Assembly: GCA_951406725.2 (NCBI GenBank)
Contig: OX597822.1
Span: 91,016,001 to 91,080,000 of the forward strand
Direction: 5' to 3'
Source: Octopus vulgaris
Taxonomy: Eukaryota
DNA: 64,000 nt
Part shown: positions 1 to 48,533 of the stretch, piece by piece
Numbering within the stretch: position 1 is the first letter of the stretch
Layout of the letters: every line of letters starts with the position of its first letter
Notes under the pieces: generated by a model
Told to the model about the DNA's origin: nothing
The model's database searches: none
What the model saw: the letters and a program-made list of their open reading frames with translations, nothing else
Translations under genes and position numbers: made by a program

Positions 1-460
1 CAAAACAAAGGCGAAGTTTCAAGTAAAAGAAAATGCCATACCGGTATTTAAACCAAAACGAACTGTACCTTTTGCAGTGTTAGAACAGATAAACTTAGAG
101 TTAGAGAGACTAGAAAAAATTGGAGTTATCCAAAAAGTGGAATATTCTAAATGGGCAGCACCAAGTGTGTATGTTAAGAAAAAGAATAATAAAATCAGAA
201 TGTGTGCTGATTTTTCCACTGGTTTAAATGAATGTTTTAAAATGTGCCACTATCTGCTACCTACTCTGGAGGATATTTTTGCAAAATTAAATGGTGGCAA
301 GATATTTTCTAAATTGGATCTCTCTGACACGTACCTATAAATTAGAATAGATGATGAATGCTCTATATACCTAACAAATAACACACATAAAGAACTGTAT
401 AAATACAACATGTTACCATTTGGCTTAAAAGTTACTCCAGCAATTTTTCAAAAGCCATAT
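1..460 (+). mobile_element. Ty3/Gypsy LTR retrotransposon reverse transcriptase fragment (degenerate)
   Basis: ORF 77..340 contains GVIQKVEYSKWAAPSVYVKKKNNKIRMCADFS...LPTLEDIFAKLNGGKIFSKLDLS. After a stop the frame continues toward YNMLPFGLK, a typical Gypsy RT N-terminal region. A purine-rich tract at ~581-593 may be a PPT. Confidence 0.85.
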
Positions 461-849
461 TAACCAACTTAAAAAATATTCACAGAAAAAACAGTGAAAT
501 TTCCATGGAAGTATTGCACCTTAGTGGAATTGAAACTTAAGTGTAAGAGATATTAAAACTCTAAGTGGAGTTTAATTCTCAAAAGGGGTGAAGTTAGGGA
601 GGATTCCAACCACCCCCATGTGACTAAAAGTGGACTGACACATTGCTATAAGATAAAGAACTGTCAGCAGTTCAGAGCAAGCAGCTCACTGTTTTGGGGT
701 AAAATCCTTGTGATTCCATGTGAAGTAAGTGATGATATATTGTTATATTTGTTGAAGGTCTCCCCTCGTTAATGTACCACGCTTGTTGTTTGTTAAAATT
801 GCTGTACTGTTTTTACTTACAAGTTTATTGATTTGTGTTTTCTTCCCAT

Positions 850-2543
850 TCATGGGAAAACCCATGAATGGTTTTCATGAGAAGAGAAGAGAAATGGAGG
901 TTGGACCAGCAAAAGGCCACAGTTATGCGGCAGCAACTGGCAGAGGAGTGGACATGGATGCTTTGGAGGTTTATGAGGTAAAGATAGAATCAAAAAAGCT
1001 AAAAAAGAATGGAGGAAGTTGCTAGAAAAAGAAGGCCATAACCTAAAATTGATGCAACCAGATGAACTAACGATGGAATAAGGAAGAGAACAATGATATA
1101 TAAATCACTGAAAGTGTCATCACAAAAAATTGAGATCGCGGCAATCGAAGATATTGAAAAGTGCCTAAAAGAAGTGAAAAAATTCACCACTTGCATAACA
1201 AGAGGAAGAAGATATGACACAGTAGAGGTGCGATTCACAACCAAAGACAAAGCAATAAATCACTGCACTGAAGCCATAAAGACAGGGGGTGGGTACTTTT
1301 ACCAACGTACTGTGGCAAGCATGTTGTCAAAGTGAGAGTGGGGAAAATACCACCGGAATCAGATGAAACATGGTTAGTTGCAGCAATTATGTTCAACATG
1401 GAGGAAGACATGAAAATACTGAGGGTGACATGAACTAAAAGGTTGAATTGGTGGGGGTATGGAATACAGATGGCTATGCAGGCAAGTTTAAGTGATCTGA
1501 ACAAAATTGCGGAGGAAATAATTGTGAGACTGAGAGTGGTAGTAGAGGGCAGGCTTCCCATATGCGACCTGTGTGGCAAGAAAGGCCATATGAAGGCTAG
1601 ATGCCCCCAGAGAGAAGAGAAGGAACAACAGATGGAACAGTCTGAGGAGCAGGAGGGGGTGGACGAAGTGGTACAGGATGATGAGAAAGCGACAGCAAGA
1701 ACAGAGGAAGAATTTACAGTAGTAAAAAAACAAAAGAGAAAAGAAAGAGTAAACTCTCCACTGAAGAGGCAGAAAAAGAAAACAGAAGTAGATAAGGAGG
1801 TTGCGGAGGAGGTTGAGAAGATGGTTGTGAAGGATGTTGAGGAGGAGCTCTAGAAAAAGGAGACAGTACCAAGGTTACTAGTGATACCAGCGGAGGAAGA
1901 AGTTTTAGGCGATGTAGAAAGACAACAGAATGAAGAAACAGCAACACTAACCAAAATGGAGGAGGATAAAGACAGAGAGAAGGTGCCAAGAGTGGAGTAA
2001 AGTAAAGGCAAACAAGTGAGAAGGCCAAGAAAGCACAGGTGGAATTTCGTTATATATGCTAAGCGCACAGCAACTGAAAGAATGATAGCAAAGTTTAAAT
2101 CTGTTATAAGGGTTAAGTTGCCTACAGATACATACGGAGAAAATGTGGAAGCCATTATAATTAATAAAGACAGATATAACTGGTTGAACGTTGGTCTGAC
2201 AGGATTTGTGGTGGAGTTTGATGAACTGCTGCCAGTAGTGGAATTAAGAGAAGTGGAACCATTCATAAGATATTAAAAAAAAGTAAAATTGTTTAAAAAA
2301 AAAAAGAGAACAAAAATGATGCTAATGGAGGAAAGAAACAGGGTCAGAGCACTGCATCCTTCAAAACTTCCATGCTTTCTGAGATTCGCCAACACTACAC
2401 GTGATTTCCTCTCCTCCATACACACACAAGCATGTATCTGACTCATACATTGTTCGCTTTCCAGACATTTGTACATTACTGCATACACTTTATACACACT
2501 TTCTGACAAGTTGTGGTGCACCCGAGCACTGTATACAATAATT

Positions 2544-2599
<56 letters not shown>

Positions 2600-2783
2600 A
2601 ACTATGAGTAAAAACGTTCAAATGGTACTGCATGAGAGTGGGACTCATGCAGCCATTTCATTTTTCCCTTTTATATCACATTTTTCTCATTTTCATTCGT
2701 TTTATGTTTTTTGTCCCCACTGTGGCGTTCTGTGTGTCCTTGTGCTGTCCCCTCTGTGTAAAAGCTTTAGTGCTTAATAAAGA
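850..2783 (+). mobile_element. L1/Tx1-like non-LTR element remnant: broken ORF1 (gag-like, CCHC zinc knuckle), ORF2 apparently absent
   Basis: Successive broken frames from 852 to 2276 include CDLCGKKGHMKARC (CX2CX4HX4C) and an E/K-rich tail. A putative 3' end ...GTCCTTGTGCTGTCCCCTCTGTGT...AATAAAGAA lies at ~2735-2783. Confidence 0.6.
2330..2597 (+). mobile_element. LINE 3' end fragment with (ATT)n tail, nested in the preceding element
   Basis: A non-coding segment ends abruptly in a long (ATT)n tract, as CR1/L2-group LINE 3' ends do. The family call is inferred. Confidence 0.45.
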
Positions 2784-2969
2784 ATTCAAGCAGTTCACTG
2801 TGAGCTGTTGGCAAGGAGCATTTAATCTCGTGTAACAGTGATTGTAGTGCACTGTATGAATACTTTCTTTCCCCCTGCTTCATTAAATTATTTATCAAAC
2901 ACCAGGATATATAACATACATACATACATACATACATTCATACATACCACTACATCACATCACATCACA

Positions 2970-3720
2970 CTTTGAAGGCTATGCATTTGCAATCCAGGAA
3001 CAGGAGATTGCCACAAAGTACCTGTTGAATAAGAGAGACAGTAACGCTCTTGTAATCCCATGGTGCAACTGCATGTGTAGGCTATGTCATGTTTCTATGG
3101 AAGACATCACACATGTGATTAGCAGATGTCCTAAAATGTTGTCACAGTACTACCTCCCAATGCAGCACAATTTACAATACCATCCGCACAAAGGCTGTCC
3201 TGAAATAAACTTTGAAAATCCCTGTTATGGAATACATTCATAAACACCAACTCAAGGAATACTGGTGGAATATTCCCATCAAAACTTCAGTCGAATATAA
3301 ACATAACAGGCTGGATATTGTTGATTGGGACAGAGGGGCAAAGGTATGTACCCTCATAGAGGTCAACTGCCCTATAGATATAAATATCTCTTTGAAAATC
3401 AAAGAAAAAGAGGATATCTATGGACAACTGCTTCAAAACTTCCAGCTTCTATATCCAGACTATGAATTCATATTCATATCAATAATAATTAGAGCACTAC
3501 GTTTTGTTAGTAATCTGGATAAACTGGGATTTTCAGAAAGAGAAATCAACCAGTTAATTCATACATTACAAATGCAATCTGTGAGTGGAACAGTAAAAAT
3601 ATGCAAGACTTTTCTCAAGTTCCAAATGTGAATTTGTTAACTACATCCCAAAGATGGAGCCTTGTATCTTTGTTGGAAACAGGCTCCGCTCAGTGGAAGA
3701 TTTGTAATAATTAAAAAATA
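2970..3720 (+). mobile_element. R4/Dong-like non-LTR retrotransposon 3' end (CCHC finger plus restriction-like endonuclease)
   Basis: Reads EGYAFAIQEQEIATKYL...CRLCHVSMEDITHVISRC (CCHC), then HNRLDIVDWDRGAKVCTLIEVNCP...KEDIYGQL (PD-D/ExK-like RLE). Frameshifted and flanked by (TACA)n. Confidence 0.8.
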
Positions 3721-3744
3721 GAAGAGACATACATACATATATTT

Positions 3745-4175
3745 AGACTGATGCATCAAAAGAATATTGGTGGTGCTTAAAAATTACAACAGCCACCAAG
3801 TTAAAACACAACTGGCTGAGCCATAAGAAAAAATATGCCCTCTTGTGGAAATAAGTTACTCTCTGGACACCAATGTGACCACGAAAATACAAGAGGATAT
3901 CCATGGACTGCTGATAAGGAGTTTGCAAACCCAGTACACAAAATGCACTTTCAGCTTCCTACCTCTTTTGGCTGAACTTGGATTCTTGGGGAGAGGATGC
4001 AAATCCTTAATTCATATGCTACAAATGATCAGACACATAGTATCTGGAACAATAAAAATCTGCAAAACTTCTTAATATTTAAAGGATGACAAACAAAAGA
4101 ATGTGCTTTCCTTCACAACCTTGCTACCAAGCTGAGGGCCAATAAAAATTAACTTTAAAATTAAAAAAATAAACA
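3745..4175 (+). mobile_element. Second, more decayed R4/Dong-like RLE 3' fragment
   Basis: EYWW...VEISYSLDTNV...EDIHGLLIRSLQ...VSGTIKICKT parallels the 3212..3631 ORF and is followed by (CCAT)/(ACAT)n. Confidence 0.7.
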
Positions 4176-4737
4176 TCCATCCATCCATTCATCCTTACAT
4201 ACATACATACATACATACATACATCATTATATTATTATGGCTGCCCCCTCGTTATCGAGTATGGCCATTGCACGAAGCTTAACTGTTACAGGTGCTGTGA
4301 TCGAATGTGACTTTTTAGCCCAGCTAAAGATCTACAATGTCTTGTACAAAATTGGCAACTAAAACCTTTACTGGTAATAGCCGGCTGTAGTTGTAACTGG
4401 GCTTCATGTACCTTTGCATGTTGTTTAAGTCCTCCTGCCGAATTACACTCTCTTCCACATGCCCGACATATGATTAGTATGGTGTGTTACACCACCACCA
4501 TACATACATACATACATACATACATACATACATACATACAAACATACATACATACATACATACATACATTAGTGTGTATGAGTGTGATGTTCCTTTTCAT
4601 TGATTAATTTAGGCCATATTTTGAAAACCCTTATTATTAGTTGTAATGCATATGTCTCATATTTTGAAGTGAATATCTAAACTGGGTCACAGATTACTGG
4701 CACCATCATAGAAATTCAGTCATCCATCAGCCTTTGA

Positions 4738-4790
<53 letters not shown>

Positions 4791-4858
4791 CCATGTTTTT
4801 TCCTTCTGATATTCATCTAAAACTGATACTAAAAGATAGATTTATTATCTCATTTTAG

Positions 4859-40977
<36,119 letters not shown>

Positions 40978-41062
40978 TTAAAAACTGGGGATATTTTCTT
41001 ACAAGAGAATTTTTTTATATTTTCATGTGTACAATTTTCTCCTATACTCTCTTTCTCTCTCT

Positions 41063-41265
41063 TTTACTTGTTTCAGTAATTTGACTGTGGCCATGCTGGA
41101 GCACTGCCTTTTAGTCGAGCAAATCGACCCCAGGACTTATTCTTTGTAAGCCTAGTACTTATTCTATCGGTCTCTTTTGCAGAACCGCTAAGTTACGGGG
41201 CGTAAACACACCAGCATCGGTTGTCAAGCGATGTTGGGGGGACAAACTCAGACACACAAACATAT

Positions 41266-41318
<53 letters not shown>

Positions 41319-41490
41319 CATATATATGACGGGCTTCTTTCAGTTTCCGTCTACCAAATCCACTCACAAGGCTGTGGTCAACCCGAGGCTATAGTAGAAG
41401 ACACTTGCCCAAGGTGCAACGCAGTGAGACTGAACCTGGAACCATGTGGTTGGTAAACAAGCTACTTACCACACAGCCACTCCTACACCT
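41063..41490 (-). mobile_element. SINE family A copy
   Basis: Reverse complement of the 30264 element. Confidence 0.9.
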
Positions 41491-42024
41491 ATATAAATAT
41501 TAAAAAATTTTACACATATTGACCCACACTAATACACACACACACACACACACACACTGTATGCAATCACTCAACAAAATTTCTCTGAAATCACATCATA
41601 CCATTAAATAATGTAGTCCTACATACCCCTAAAAAGGGATGGTCATGAGTAGAATGTCTTTGCTCATGGGCCTGCTCAATCAGGTTTGCCTCGGGCTAAA
41701 CAATAATAATAATATTAAAATTAATTCCTGACCATGGTCCTATATTTAAAGGTCTCATGTATATTAATTATCCAGCAGTTTGTTATTGATATATGAAACG
41801 TTGACACAATTTTTTTATGTTTTAATAAACTCTCAACAGACAATACAACATTTATTTTCAACTTTATTTCAAATGGATCAAATCCCATTTTGATATTTTT
41901 ATAATTAATTGTTGTAATTAAACAATTTAATTATGAAAAAAACAAAGAGATCTGAGTTATAAATATGATCTATAAGTTAATTTAACTACTTTGAACAAGT
42001 CTTATCTTCATGTATTGTATGTAG

Positions 42025-42061
42025 GGCTAGAGAGCCTATCTGTGGTTATCCTGTTCCGTAA
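42025..42061 (+). CDS. Candidate alternative terminal coding exon (cytoplasmic tail MAREPICGYPVP*)
   Basis: tgtag acceptor whose phase 2 matches a donor at 40911; AATAAA at ~42158. The pyrimidine tract is weak. Confidence 0.3.
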
Positions 42062-42092
42062 TGAACTTAACGAGATGAAAAGAAACATAAGT

Positions 42093-42418
42093 GAATGCTA
42101 ACTCCTAGTTGTCCAGTTGGTAAAACCAGTTAATACTCTGCTCTAAAATGAGATATTAATAAAGTGTTAAAATTAATTACATGTTAAACACCATAAATTT
42201 ATGAATTTTGTTAATAAAAATTAATTCATTATATTTTAATAAATTGTGTGTCTGTATGTGAATGCTAACTCCTAGTTGTCCAGTTGGTAAAACCAGTTAA
42301 TACTCTGCTCTAAAATGAGATATTAATAAAGTGTTAAAATTAATTACATGTTAAACACCATAAATTTATGAACTTTGTTAATAAAAATTAATTCATTATA
42401 TTTTAATAAATTGTGTGT
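42093..42418. repeat. Tandem duplication, period ~165 bp
   Basis: GTGAATGCTAACTCCTAGTTGTCCAG...TTTTAATAAATTGTGTGT occurs twice, nearly identical. Confidence 0.92.
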
Positions 42419-42864
42419 GTGTATGTGTGTATGCACACATGTGCATGCATGCATGCATGTCAGCAGCATTTTGCACTTGCTTTCCATGCTGGCATTGGTT
42501 GGATGTCACCATCTGAGTAATTCTTTATTGTTATTTGGTGCCACTGCTTCTATAAATTGTTGCTCAAGTTATTTGGTGTTTGGCTTCTATGGCTGAATGC
42601 CCTTCATGCGTGTGTGTGTATGTATGTATGTATGTATAGATAGATAGATACATACATACATACATACATACATACATACATACATACATACATACATACA
42701 TACATACATACATAGGTGCAGGTGTGGCTGTGTGGTAAGAAGCTTGCTTCCCAACCACATGGTTCCAGGTTCAGTCCCACTGCATGGCACTTTGAGCAAA
42801 TGTCTTCTATTAAAGCCTTATGTGTGGATTTGGTAGATGGAATCTAAAAGAAGTCCATTATATA

Positions 42865-44122
42865 TATGAGACTGAGTAAAAAGTAAGCAATGTTTTGAAC
42901 CATGAAGAATTTGTACCGGACTTTTGCAGAATTTTGAATTGTTTTTAAACATTTTTATGCAATTGTGTGATAATACAGACATTGACTTGCCCAAATGCAT
43001 CCATAATTTAACATTGATGTTTTTTTCCACTGTTATTACAATCATCTGGAGTGGAACTGTCAAAGCATGATATTTGAGCAATTTTGCTATTCAACTTCAA
43101 AAACTGCTTATGATATCAACAAAACATTTGGTGAGGAAATGACCAGTGAGTGGTCAGCTCAAAAATGGTTTAAACAATTTCACAGCGGTGACCTGAGCTT
43201 TGAAGATCGTGAACTTAGTGGATACCCATCTGTCATCGATGACAGTCAGTTAAAGACCGTCATTGAGAAAGATCCACGTAAAACCACTTGAGAACTGGCA
43301 AAAGAACTTCAAGTTAGCCAGAAAACTGTCTGCAACCATTTGCATGCAATCAGAAAATCAAAAAAGCTTGACAAATAGGTACCACATGATTTGAATGAAA
43401 ATCAGAAAATATGAAATTTGCTCATCGCTTCTTCTCTGTAACTAGACCAATCCATTTCTCAACCATATTGTAATTTGCAATGAAAAGTGGATTCTGTACA
43501 ATAATAAAAAACATTCTTCACAGTGGTTGGACCAAAATGAAGCACTGAAAACTTTCCCTAAACCCGAGCTCTTCAAAAAGGTTATGGTGACTGTTTGGTG
43601 GTGTACTGCTGGACTCATCCCCTATAACTTCTTAAAACCCAATAAAACCATGACTGCAGAAACATATTGCCATGAAATTGCCAAAATGAATGAAAAACTC
43701 CTACTCCTCCATCCCAGATTGGTTAATAGAAGAAGACCAATCATTCTTCATGACAATGCTCAACCACACATTCCACCACTGATGCTCCAGAAGTTGAAGG
43801 AACTTGGCTACGAAGTTCTTCCCCACCCAGCTTATTCCCAAGACTTTTCTCCTACCAACTACCACTTTTTTTCAAGTATCTTGATGGTTTCCTGCGAGAG
43901 AAGGAGTTCAAAAATCAAGCCAATGCTGAAAGTGTGTTCAAAGTGTTTATCAGCTCCAGAACTCCAGATTTTTATGTTACTGGAATAAACAAACTTGTAA
44001 CTTGTTGGCAAAAATGTTTTGATTGTAATAGTACTTACTTTGATGAATAAAATTTCCACTTTGTTGAAATATATTGTGATGAATTTCCTGTTTCAAAATG
44101 TTGCTTACTTTTTACTCAGCCT

Positions 44123-44126
<4 letters not shown>
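42865..44126 (+). mobile_element. Full-length decayed mariner inserted in the (TA)n tract of a family-A SINE
   Basis: TIRs TGAGACTGAGTAAAAAGTAAGCAA / TTGCTTACTTTTTACTCAGCCTGA; motifs NEKWILY, KVMVTVWW, ILHDNAQPH, HPAYSQDFSPTNYHFF. SINE halves lie at ~42714-42860 and ~44127-44385. Confidence 0.92.
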
Positions 44127-44156
<30 letters not shown>

Positions 44157-44407
44157 TGAGTGTATGTGTGTGTTTGTGTCTGTTTGTCCCCCACCACTGC
44201 TTGACAACTGGTGCTGATGTGTTTACATCCCCATAACTTAGTGGTTCAGCAAAAGACACCAATAGAGTAAGTACCGGGCTTAAAATGATAAGTACCGGGG
44301 TTGATTCATTCAACTAAAATGTTCTCCAAGTCAGTGCCCCAGCATGGCCACAGCCTGATAACTGAAACATGTAAAAGATAAAAGATATATATACATACAT
44401 ATATATA

Positions 44408-45258
44408 TAAGAAAATGGAGAGGATAAACAATTGACAAACATCAGCCAGTAAGCATTCAGTTATATCTATTTATTAATTGATTACAAACATACGTGTAAG
44501 TGATTCAAGTAAATGAATGAAATAACCCGATAAATACATATACAGATTTATATAGAGAAATAAATGAATAATAGATGAGTGTACAAATACTAAACTCTCA
44601 CAGCCATTTCTACCATGAGGCAACGAAATATTCCAAGGTATCTTCATCATGTCAGTGATATACAGGGATAAACAAACATTGGACAGGTATTAGAAAATCC
44701 CAAGGCTTCTTCAGAGAGTCTAAATGTTATGAAACTAACATGTGGGAAGTAAGTTAAAATAACAGAGTTGGGTAAGATAAAATAAAATAAAATTAAATTA
44801 AAATAATGTAATGGAAATAGTAAAGAATGATAAGAACTTCCTTTTAAGGTGCTATTATAATCCATGGGATTCCATCTTGTAGTAAATAAATAAAGTCACT
44901 CTCAGGAGAAATTTCTGCAGGCTGCAGTTTACATTTGGACTCTCTGAAGAAGCCTTGGGGCTCAACCATTGTCCAATCCCTGTCCAATGTTTGTTCATCC
45001 CTGTATGATGAGGATGAACCGACATGATGAGGATAACATGAAAGATTTGGCTGCCTCATGGTAGAAATTAGTATTTGTACACTCATTTATTCTTATTCAT
45101 TTATTTCTGTTTATATATTTATTTACGTCTTTATTGGCTTATTTCATTTGTTTACTTGAATCACTTACACATATGTTTGTAATCAATTAATAAATAGATA
45201 TAATTGAATGCTTACTGGCTGATGTTTGTCAATTGTTTATCCTCTCCATTTTCTTATT
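44408..45258. mobile_element. Foldback Penelope-like remnant with long-stem-II hammerhead-like motifs
   Basis: ~44408-44728 is the reverse complement of ~44930-45258. The arms carry CTCT-CTGAAGA...GAAA(T)GGCTGTG-AGAG. Confidence 0.7.
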
Positions 45259-45515
45259 TCCCTTATAAATCCTGGGTAAATTTCTGATTTACTCCCACCC
45301 ATACCTAGTATTCAATTGCGATATTGCCATGCAATTGTAAGCATTTGGTTATAAATCCGTAGGTACACATCCAGTAGTCTATTGGATATTTAATATCTCT
45401 TAGACAGTTGGTTTGTTAACCTCTAATTCATATAGACATATATATATATATATTTCTTTTTTTTGGATATGGTTTTCAAGATTCTTTATATGAGTTCGTG
45501 TGTTGAAGCATATTC

Positions 45516-45688
45516 TGTTGTGTCTGGGGAGAGTCATTCTCTTTTAATACCTTATTATTTAACACACTCACCGAAAAAATTTCCACTTCTTTCTTTTTTT
45601 TTTTAAATAAGAAATAAGTGGAAATTTTACCGGTGAGTGTGTTAAATAATAAGGCATTAAAAGAAAATGACTCTCCCCAGACACAACA

Positions 45689-45689
<1 letters not shown>
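45516..45689. repeat. Near-perfect 174-bp hairpin, Penelope-terminus-related
   Basis: CTGTTGTGTCTGGGGAGAGTCATT...TTCCACTT pairs with AAGTGGAA...AATGACTCTCCCCAGACACAACAG. A similar motif at ~50567-50635 sits next to the GIY-YIG ORF. Confidence 0.85.
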
Positions 45690-45763
<74 letters not shown>

Positions 45764-47377
45764 TGTATGTATGTATGTATGTATGTATGTATATGGTTGG
45801 GGGTGAAAATTCAATAAAAAGAAACAAGTAGAAATCCTTAGACATGTATTAAAAATGAATCACTTTTTTGTATAGAAAACATATTTTATATAATATTTTT
45901 ACCAGTTTTAATTGTTTCTTCAGTAAAAAGAATCATAAATTTATCAAAATTCAGTCATTCATATATGAGTCTTTTCAAGAAATAGTATTACCTCTTATCT
46001 GTTCAGTTTGTGACATTTTTATCAACTGGCACATATACATATGAACAAAAAATGAACTAAGAGAAATAACCTAGTGTGACCCATGAACAACTTTGACAAA
46101 GACAAACCAGAGAATGTATCACAATTACTAAACAGCAATTGAGACCAGCTCCATATGTGAAAAGGAGATCATCTCAAGAATCAAAGAATGGAATGGGAGT
46201 GGTACTTAAAAATGGATACAGAGTGTCAAGTAAAATTAGAATTTTTTAAAAAGAGATGTGCTTGGAAGCTAGATGTGGAAAATGAAAAGGCATGTCAAAA
46301 AAGGTTTAAAGTTGTTTTTAATAATAACTAGCTTAAAAGCTTCCCTCCATGCAGATTTTTAAGCTAGCTCTTGCAGAGGGCTAATTGGTCCTGTGGCCCA
46401 AAACTATAGAGAGCTAAATAGCATGACTATGATACATCTGTAATGACTATATACCCCGGTGGTGTTTGATCAGAGGTCAATGATGGATGACAATCAATTC
46501 TGTAATGCAATCATTCTATTGTTCCAATTCCAAGTTCAATTCCAACAGTTGGCCAATTAGTCCCAAAGTTCTTATCTTGACACAAAATTAAATGAAGCAA
46601 ATATCATTGATCTCTGATGTCATTTGACAAACACTAACCAAAACGACATGAACCAGCCAAGCTTTACCTGCTAGAAATAGCAACCCAAATACTTTTGAAT
46701 CAGATTCCAATACTGGATGTTCAAGAACCAAATGAAGGGTAGATTTTTAATCCCAGGATTATCCTGATTCCAAAAAGATATATAATATGCCTATGTTGAG
46801 AAAATGTAAACTGAGATACAGTGGTCCCAGACGGACAGACAGAATTTCACTTTTATTATCATAGAAGAATTCTGTGGAGTTTATTGGAGAGAGAGAGAAT
46901 GTGTGTGTGTGTGATGTGTGTACATGATTTCACAAATAAATGAATTTAAGAGAATGTCAGTTCTTGTTTGGTTTGGTTTGTTTGCATTTATGCTTATAGT
47001 TAAGTATTCAGATATATAACACTGCAAACAAATAAACAATGCAAGTGTAATTTAATAAAAAAAACATTAAAATGTCATTGAATAATTAAAAAATAAATAA
47101 AAATGATTTCATATTTCATATTTAGATTTAAATTTAATTTGTCACTTAATATTTATGTTTTTGCTAAGTCTATGCTACATTTTTACTTTCATTTCATTTC
47201 TAGGGATACATTTTACTATTGGATACATATTATATACTGTTGACCATATGTGTGAGTATGAATAAATGTGTGTATGTGTGTTTGGCATGCTCGTGAGCAT
47301 GTTGTGATGATGTTTGTGTAACATGTTGAGAATATAGAGTTGTGAGATAAACTGAGAAAGTAGTAAATATGGAAGAC

Positions 47378-47730
47378 CAGGAGTGGCTGTGTGGTAAGTA
47401 GCTTGCTAACCAACTACATGGTTCCGGGTTCAGTCCCACTGCGTGGCATCTTGGGCAAGTGTCTTCTGCTATAGCCCCAGGCCGACCAATGCCTTGTGAG
47501 TGGATTTGGTAGACGGAAACTGAAAGAAGCACGTCGTATATCATCATCATCATCATCATCATCGTTTAACGTCCGTTCTCCATGCTAGCATGGGTTGGAC
47601 GGTTCGACCGGGGATCTGGGAAGCCAGAAGGCTGCACCAGGCTCCAGTCTTATCTGGCAACGTTTCTACAGCTGGATGCCCTTCCTAACGCCAACCACTC
47701 CGTGAGTGTAGTGGGTGCTTTATATATATG

Positions 47731-47761
<31 letters not shown>

Positions 47762-48005
47762 GTATATATATATATGTATGTGTGTGTGTTTGTGTGTCTG
47801 TGTTTGTTCCCCTAGCATTGCTTGACAACCGATGCTGGTGTGTTTACATCCCAGTCACTTAGTGGTTCGGCAAAAAGAGACCGATAGAATAAGTACTGGG
47901 CTTACAAAAAGAATAAGTCCCGGGGTCGAGTTGCTCGACTAAAGGCAGCGCTCCAGCATGGCCGCAGTCAAATGACTGAAACAAGTAAAAGAGAAAGAGA
48001 AAGAG
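47378..48005 (+). mobile_element. SINE family A copy with an antisense RTE tail nested in its (TA)n tract
   Basis: SINE head at 47378, (CAT)n plus RTE-tail sequence at ~47540-47720, and the SINE tail resuming at ~47721. Confidence 0.88.
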
Positions 48006-48533
48006 TATATAAAATGAGAACCAAGAGGGATATCAATAAAGCACTCAATGATAAACAAACTTGGCTAACTATATCCAATGATCAGATACCAATAAATGCA
48101 AGTAAAATAAACATCCAAGGTAATTCCTCATGTATTACAAGTTAATCCAGATATTATTCAGAAGAATTTCAAGGAATTCTGGGTATAAGACAACAAAAAT
48201 AAGAATGGCAAATATCACATCTTTAATTAGTGACTACACCATACAATATTGATGATCATTTCTGTTGTGTCAACATATTTAGATACAGAGAATATCAGCC
48301 AAATTAATATATTGAAAGTATGTTAACACATTTTCAAGGCAATCCAAAAATGGTTAAATTCGAAGCGAACTATGAAAATATTTCTAGCAGATGAAAGCAT
48401 ACAAAAAGAACGTTAAGAAGAATATAATATTCTAAGAAAATATAATATTCCAAGAAAACAAGTTTAGTATATTGATGACATCAGTGAATAATGAATATGC
48501 TAAACAATTTTAGAAAAATCATGCTTATCATAA

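Noticed and set aside
47204-47251. Strong pyrimidine tract + AG followed by GTGAGT, a possible further exon of the CUB gene
   Set aside because: The phase needed after the TM exon hits a stop without a recognisable motif; no support without RNA data.
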